From NCBI GenBank assembly GCA_963665235.2, contig CAXXLX010000001.1, positions 3,456,001 through 3,520,000 on the forward strand: DNA of 64,000 bases, in the 5' to 3' direction. Every line of letters begins with the position of its first letter. The first letter of the stretch is position 1. The notes beneath the pieces were generated by a model. It was not told the DNA's origin. It did no database searches and saw only the letters and a program-made list of their open reading frames with translations. The position numbers were made by a program, and so were the translations under genes. Positions 59,701 to 64,000 of this stretch are shown one piece after another. This stretch comes from Candidatus Poribacteria bacterium. GTDB taxonomy: Bacteria; Poribacteria; WGA-4E; WGA-3G.

Positions 59701-59790
59701 GATGACGTGACTTCTCTTGCTGTTGATGGGGACACGTTATATGTAGGCACAAGAAAAAGCGGTATGCTTCATTTTAACCTTGAAAAATAA
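56773..59790 (+). CDS. ECF sigma factor-TM-BNR/Asp-box propeller fusion (ECF-4)
   Basis: GGAGG RBS; sigma2/sigma4, TM, repeated SxDxGxTW Asp-boxes. Confidence 0.9.
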   Translation: MKNVDADLIQRVLDGDDTAFSVLVQKYQKSVHALAWRKIGDFHIAEDITQETFLKAYQNLSTLKESQSFASWLYVIAANHCNSWLRKKRLRTQSLEETSSAELEKATYSSYIIAENERASAEAQREVVKRLLAKLSESDRTVITLYYLGGMTYEEISKFLGVSVSSIKNRLYRARQQLKKEEPMIREALENFQISPALTDTIMGEVARLKPAAPSGSKPLVPWAIAAASAVLLVFMLGIGSQHLSRFQRPYSLNAQADMTVDIIEAPVVLNLEVKPDVRHQFGNPNALGESDNSGQKPDDVLLPAAQADGEDVSVPKQQWIQAEPIKGSPVMSIMGTPEGDVYALGEELSFYKLPADGKQWQHISDLGPLDTWWTTNPPIAKWKNTLYMVPSNELYASMDDGKTWDVVHFWPEEEYWNPIELVLTEDVFYVAFTSGILRSEDEGKTWSAMNKELGRISSLAKIQHVLFTATDTGLYRFNPALEIWERLEFPTPTIGKILSVTAAEGKLYVAAEFNWDGPVEPRKIEQGLERGWWIFRSTDLGDSWVDITPTHAWPVKGWPPEIKLIAVGETLLAMENGMIRSTDGGDTWMPPQTPGTSPSTLNWSPVVVLNERTFYVRSRNGLHLSTDGGKSWDKVNIPGEKPEPIDNLIVHHGGDKEQKTPSTLYATFGTIFGTTFGLGQGEIAETTDKGKSWKTIQMDIPMGTPKRAAQPGISQIAKSGSVLYAKGKIPGNINNGFYRVSDDNRLVPLQEIPIFDTRSLKNQLLFMENLSLEQWQEHFSGATQFFKQLAQGDVQQDRVRLEKLIRLGFRGPFAVSDGTFYVEYRFKLFRWKPGETEWYDTGQEETVELTPYIIRQELKLAASGDTVYVGKRDGHLVVSFDRGTNWMRLTSALPFSFRTFKEIVFAGGTVYVATDTGVATSKDGKNWHPVTDAQGRNLGMEHLAVDGETVYGAPVRTGVYRLENDIWEQVVSEIPDDVTSLAVDGDTLYVGTRKSGMLHFNLEK

Positions 59791-59804
59791 TATATCTCGA
59801 TTGT

Positions 59805-62800
59805 TTATAGCTCTGCACTCACCGTCATCTCTAACCGATGCTCAGGTTTGCGCTGCTTTGTTGAAAGCAGGCGGTAATTGAGCCTAAACAGCAAATCGGT
59901 AAATTTGCGTAATCTATAATCCGCATTGGCGCGCACTTCATGGCTAATGCCTTCGTAAAAATAGTATTGTGCAAAAGGGATACCGCCATCGCTTTTGCCG
60001 GAACCGAGGGTGTGGTGAACCTCTATACGTCCTTTACCAAAAATACCGTAAGTGATACTATTTTTAAAAGAGAGGGTACGCGTCTTTGCATCAGGTTCAT
60101 CGTCAAGTTGTTCTATGTCGGTTGTGCGTTTGTATCCGCCGGTTCCGCTCCATCGGAGCGCGCGACTCAGTTCATACTGAAGTTTCAATTCCGTTGTCTG
60201 CTCAAATTGATGTAAATCGGAAATGGGTGTTGATGAAAACAGCTCGGAGTCAGAAACGACATCTGTTCCCGCTGTTTCAGATTCAGGAAAATGGAGTTGA
60301 CTGTATCTCTCAGTTTCGCGGCGTTGCTCCCAGTTTGCACCGACTGAGAACCGCTGCGTTGGATTGACTGAAAATGCCGCATCCCATGTTCGATAATTCC
60401 TATACCGTTCCTGTGTGTTAATCCGCCGATTGAGGGTACGTCCATTTCGAAAATTGACCTCAAAGCGGAACTGAGGTGAGGGTGAAAAATCGAGGCGATG
60501 GTGTTGGTTAACGCGTCCAAAGAGCGTTTGTGAACCTTGTAGACTTTGAAGCAGATAGAGGGATATAGCGTCTTCCGCTTCCTGCTCCTCGGTGAGCCAC
60601 AATCGCGTTTGGACTCCGAGGGCGTTTAAGAACCACGTGAATGGTTGTCGTCTTTCAGTCTTCGTAGCGGCGAGGTCGCCTCGCTCGTTCCTCGGGGGGA
60701 GAGCACTTCGCCGCATGGAATCTGTTGCGGTCGAATTGCGTTGACTTCGAGCACGCCGGGCAAAGAACTGACGGGGTTGGAGCCGGAGTCGGAACGCTGC
60801 GTCTACTGCTGTTGTCGGTTTATCTCCCACGTTTTGGTAAATTTTGATGTATGTGCCCTCTTGTGCATCTTCCACATAGCGGAGGTCGTCTAATCTGACG
60901 TAGAACCCTTCCCCGGGTTGGAGTCGATGTCCTGTGTGCGGGTGGATATCGGTATAGATTTCGCGGCGTTGGGTGGTCAATTTTTTATCCAACTCATAGG
61001 TGAGTTCAATATCAATAGCTCGGCTGAGCGGGGTTAGTTGAAGTGTCACGTCTGCTAGCTGCGTTGTCAGCTCTGGGCCGAGGTCGGTGTGTGATTTTAC
61101 TATCCGCCGTGTGAGGTTTGTCCGCACTGATGCCCACTGTCCCTGCTGCGAAAAGAGTCCGACGCGCCACGTTCGCGCAGTGTTTTGTTGCATCCAATCG
61201 GAGACACCTAACGTTTCGCCATCTACCGTTAGCAGTGGTGTCTTGGCAAAACCTGTCTCAATTTCATAGCTTGTATTGATAGATGCCCACTTGAACTTAA
61301 CGAGATTGACGCGTCCGGCACTGCGGTTCCGTTTGCGGTTCAACGCGGCGGTGTAATCATCAAGGGCGGTGAAACGTTCATACGTGCCGATGAATTCAAA
61401 TGGAGAAAGCAGATAGGAGAGACTCCCCTCGTGTCGAGATTTATGGAGATTTTCCGCCACCTCCGTGCTGTGCCCGTTTTCTGTATGGGACGCACTGCGG
61501 TAGGCGTTCCAGCGAAGACTCGGCAATTTTTCTAGGAAAGATTTTTTAACGTTTTGTGCTGGACCGCCGGTTTCGTCTGTGCGGGTTCGCGTGTCCGATA
61601 CATCCCGCTCCCCCGAAGGTAGCGGTTCATATATTCCGCTATTGAAATGCCCTCTCCCCTGAGAAGGAGGGTAGGGGGGTTGGAGAGAGCCGCCTCTGAA
61701 CGAACGCCGATTGAAATGAATTCCCCAGTTGAGATTATTGCGCAGCAAGATAGCAGTTGCGGCGGCTTCTTGGGCTCCGACCTCCCTTTCAACAGTTCGA
61801 CCTGCCCCTAAATTCAGCTGTATCCACGGATAGGGCAGTGCCTGGAGGTCAAGAGTTAGTGTCCGCTCGTCACGCAAAGGTTTGAAAGACACTGCCCCTG
61901 TGTCCCCAAATAGGAGAGCATCCTCAAACCCCTCTGTGGCGTATTGCGTTTCATAACGTGCGCGGGTCCGGTTGCTGTGTGAGGCACCGACCGGTACAAA
62001 GTCGGCATCGTAGGAGCGGATATCTAGGTTACCGCTGAATTTATCCCATCCTGCATGCCCGATAAGTTTCCATGCCTGACTTGCTCGTTTCCGGTCTACG
62101 GTGGAGTAGGTATTGTTATCGATGGCACTAAAGGATAGTTGTCCATCAATCCACGCCTGTTCTGTAAGATTGAGGCGGCTCTCTAATCCCCACACGGTAT
62201 GTTTCTGTGGGGGGGTGAGGAGAAAGCCATCGCCATCTGGGTCAAGTATGTTTTGGCGAAGTGCTGCCAAGTCGTCTTCATCAATCAGGATAAGTGCTTG
62301 GTCAGGTTGATTCAGGTCGGATTCCACTGCGTAGGCGGCACCGAACGTCAGTTTTTCCCCTGGCAATATGAAGACGCTGCTGATGCCGTAAACATTTTGC
62401 TGATACGCTCGGTCTTCTGGAATATATTCGAAATCGACCCGAATTACGTCGTTGCTTGTTATGAGATGCTTGCTATTGAATTCAACAATCGGGTCGCCGT
62501 ATTCACGGACGACGTAATCGTTGTTTTCGCCGCGGCGCATCTTCTCACCGTTCAACCAGACAATTTCGCTCCCTGCTTTTACAATGACGAACTGCCCATT
62601 GACATCGAGGCGATATTCACTGCGTCCCTCCTGCCCCTGAATGACCTTGCTGGTGGATAAACCTTTCGGGATGGCACTCGGAATGAGGTGGAATCTGCCC
62701 CATGAAAAATCTCCCGCGACCTTCACTCCCTCTAATGCGCGTGGAAAAAAGATGAACTCGGATGGGCCAAGTGTCCCCTGCAAATCGCCCAGTGTGCCTG

Positions 62801-63557
62801 TCACGTTGGGGTGCATGATGAGCACCTGCTTCTCGTCGATGTCCTGAATATCCTCTGTCATTCCCTCTGGTTGGATAGGTAAATCTTGGTCGGAGAGCGT
62901 TGCAAGCACTTTGATGTTGTCCGAGACGTTTCCTTTTACATTGATTCGGAGTTCATGGTTCGGTGAGAATGTCCGTCCACTGCCGACCGAAATTCCAAAC
63001 GTCTGGCTCCCGGAATACTCTAATTGCGATTCTGGCTGCAAAGTGGCGGTACCGGGCTGCGGACTTTGCAAATCGGGACGCGAAATCTCCGCTATAGGTG
63101 TTGAATCGAGTGCTGCATCGGGCTCTTGTGTTCCGTAGAGCTCCCGTCGATATACCTTTTGGAATCTAAACGGCAGTGTATGATACGTTAGCGTCCACGT
63201 TACGTCTTTCTGTGTTACCACTGCGTCTTCAAAGGTAATTGTGCCGGTTAAGAAATCGATGTGATAATGTTTTCCACGTCCCAGAACTTCGCCATCAGCC
63301 CCGGTTATCCGTTCAGTGTTCAGAAGAATGGGGGGATACCTGACTGTCCAAGTTGTCTCGCCTGCTTTGAGCTGAAACCGCTCCGACTTTTGAATGAGGG
63401 AGAAGGTAGGAAGTTTGAGCGGGGGGATGTGTTCTTGTGCAGGGGCAGGTAGGACACACAAAAGGAGAAAAGCAATACGGAAGAACGGCAGGCACGTTTC
63501 CTTTATCCACGCTACGTTCCTTTGACCTTTCTGTCGTTCAACGGTAGGTGTTATCAT
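59805..63557 (-). CDS. Large exported, probable outer-membrane protein of unknown function
   Basis: Signal-like N-terminus; LSDQDLPIQPEG, GSEIVWLNG...RGENNDYVV; alternating beta-strand pattern toward the C-terminus. Confidence 0.7.
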   Translation of the reverse strand: MITPTVERQKGQRNVAWIKETCLPFFRIAFLLLCVLPAPAQEHIPPLKLPTFSLIQKSERFQLKAGETTWTVRYPPILLNTERITGADGEVLGRGKHYHIDFLTGTITFEDAVVTQKDVTWTLTYHTLPFRFQKVYRRELYGTQEPDAALDSTPIAEISRPDLQSPQPGTATLQPESQLEYSGSQTFGISVGSGRTFSPNHELRINVKGNVSDNIKVLATLSDQDLPIQPEGMTEDIQDIDEKQVLIMHPNVTGTLGDLQGTLGPSEFIFFPRALEGVKVAGDFSWGRFHLIPSAIPKGLSTSKVIQGQEGRSEYRLDVNGQFVIVKAGSEIVWLNGEKMRRGENNDYVVREYGDPIVEFNSKHLITSNDVIRVDFEYIPEDRAYQQNVYGISSVFILPGEKLTFGAAYAVESDLNQPDQALILIDEDDLAALRQNILDPDGDGFLLTPPQKHTVWGLESRLNLTEQAWIDGQLSFSAIDNNTYSTVDRKRASQAWKLIGHAGWDKFSGNLDIRSYDADFVPVGASHSNRTRARYETQYATEGFEDALLFGDTGAVSFKPLRDERTLTLDLQALPYPWIQLNLGAGRTVEREVGAQEAAATAILLRNNLNWGIHFNRRSFRGGSLQPPYPPSQGRGHFNSGIYEPLPSGERDVSDTRTRTDETGGPAQNVKKSFLEKLPSLRWNAYRSASHTENGHSTEVAENLHKSRHEGSLSYLLSPFEFIGTYERFTALDDYTAALNRKRNRSAGRVNLVKFKWASINTSYEIETGFAKTPLLTVDGETLGVSDWMQQNTARTWRVGLFSQQGQWASVRTNLTRRIVKSHTDLGPELTTQLADVTLQLTPLSRAIDIELTYELDKKLTTQRREIYTDIHPHTGHRLQPGEGFYVRLDDLRYVEDAQEGTYIKIYQNVGDKPTTAVDAAFRLRLQPRQFFARRARSQRNSTATDSMRRSALPPRNERGDLAATKTERRQPFTWFLNALGVQTRLWLTEEQEAEDAISLYLLQSLQGSQTLFGRVNQHHRLDFSPSPQFRFEVNFRNGRTLNRRINTQERYRNYRTWDAAFSVNPTQRFSVGANWEQRRETERYSQLHFPESETAGTDVVSDSELFSSTPISDLHQFEQTTELKLQYELSRALRWSGTGGYKRTTDIEQLDDEPDAKTRTLSFKNSITYGIFGKGRIEVHHTLGSGKSDGGIPFAQYYFYEGISHEVRANADYRLRKFTDLLFRLNYRLLSTKQRKPEHRLEMTVSAEL

Positions 63558-64000
63558 TCTGTTTTTGAGGGGTCTGATGTCGAATTGACTTTAAATATCA
63601 CCCGAAAGACCTTAATATCATTGGCTTCCGCGTCGCTCACGAAGACGAGCCCTTCCGCTGAAACGGCGATGCCGTTCGGGTGCAGCAAGGTGTTTGTGCT
63701 GAATTCTGTAACGGCGTGTCCTTCAGGTGTAAAGATTTGAATACGGCGGTTACCGCTGTCGGTGACGTAAACATTGTTCCATGCATCTAAAGCGAGCCGC
63801 TTCGGTTGTTGAAATTGCCCGAGTGCTTCGCCTTCCGTTCCCCAGGTCATGACAGGATTTCCGCTGAAATCGTAGCACTGAATGCGATGGTTGCCTGTAT
63901 CCACGACGTATACAGTGCCGTGTGCATCAACGGTGAGGTCGGTAGGGTGCCAAAACTGCTCTCTGCCGCTTCCGAAACTGCCGAGTGTGCTAACAGGTGC
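63554..64000 (-). CDS. NHL-repeat protein (5' end outside the window)
   Basis: QFWHPTDLTVD...VYVVDTGNHRIQ, GQFQQP...VYVTDSGNRRIQ; frame open to the window edge. Confidence 0.88.
   Translation of the reverse strand, partial: APVSTLGSFGSGREQFWHPTDLTVDAHGTVYVVDTGNHRIQCYDFSGNPVMTWGTEGEALGQFQQPKRLALDAWNNVYVTDSGNRRIQIFTPEGHAVTEFSTNTLLHPNGIAVSAEGLVFVSDAEANDIKVFRVIFKVNSTSDPSKTE

Noticed and set aside
1-64000. Prophage, integron, tRNA or rRNA genes
   Set aside because: No integrase, phage structural genes, attC-like cassettes or recognisable stable-RNA sequences seen by eye

Overview
Bacterial chromosomal window, most consistent with Candidatus Poribacteria (inferred from the C-terminal VEPxxKLxTTWGxIK motif, ECF-sigma/WD40 fusions, TPR and AAA paralog expansions; not verified by search). 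Housekeeping and metabolic genes (sbcD, queC, tsaE, yjbQ, ABC exporters, sugar ABC ATPase, GH32, SDR, NuoEF-like, an archaeal-type phosphopantothenate synthetase) are mixed with accessory loci: a NERD-helicase facing four TPR paralogs, an Rpn nuclease with an extra C-terminal (RpnS-like) cassette, two AAA-nuclease paralogs, an IsrB (OMEGA) element, an STT3-like oligosaccharyltransferase downstream of Cys/His-rich membrane proteins (one ending in (NNSSG)5 sequons), four membrane-anchored ECF sigma factor/beta-propeller fusions each preceded by a matching ECF-type promoter, and an FGE-sulfatase lipoprotein with a DGR-like variable region. The intergenic DNA is dense in GTAG-led REP hairpins, which occur singly, inside two MITE families (one with expandable 3/10/21-unit arrays), in a 17-unit covariant array, and in frame inside genes. 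No rRNA, tRNA or true CRISPR array was seen. Several single-base frameshifts suggest possible consensus errors, so pseudogene calls need read-level checks. All family assignments are from motif recognition, not database searches.
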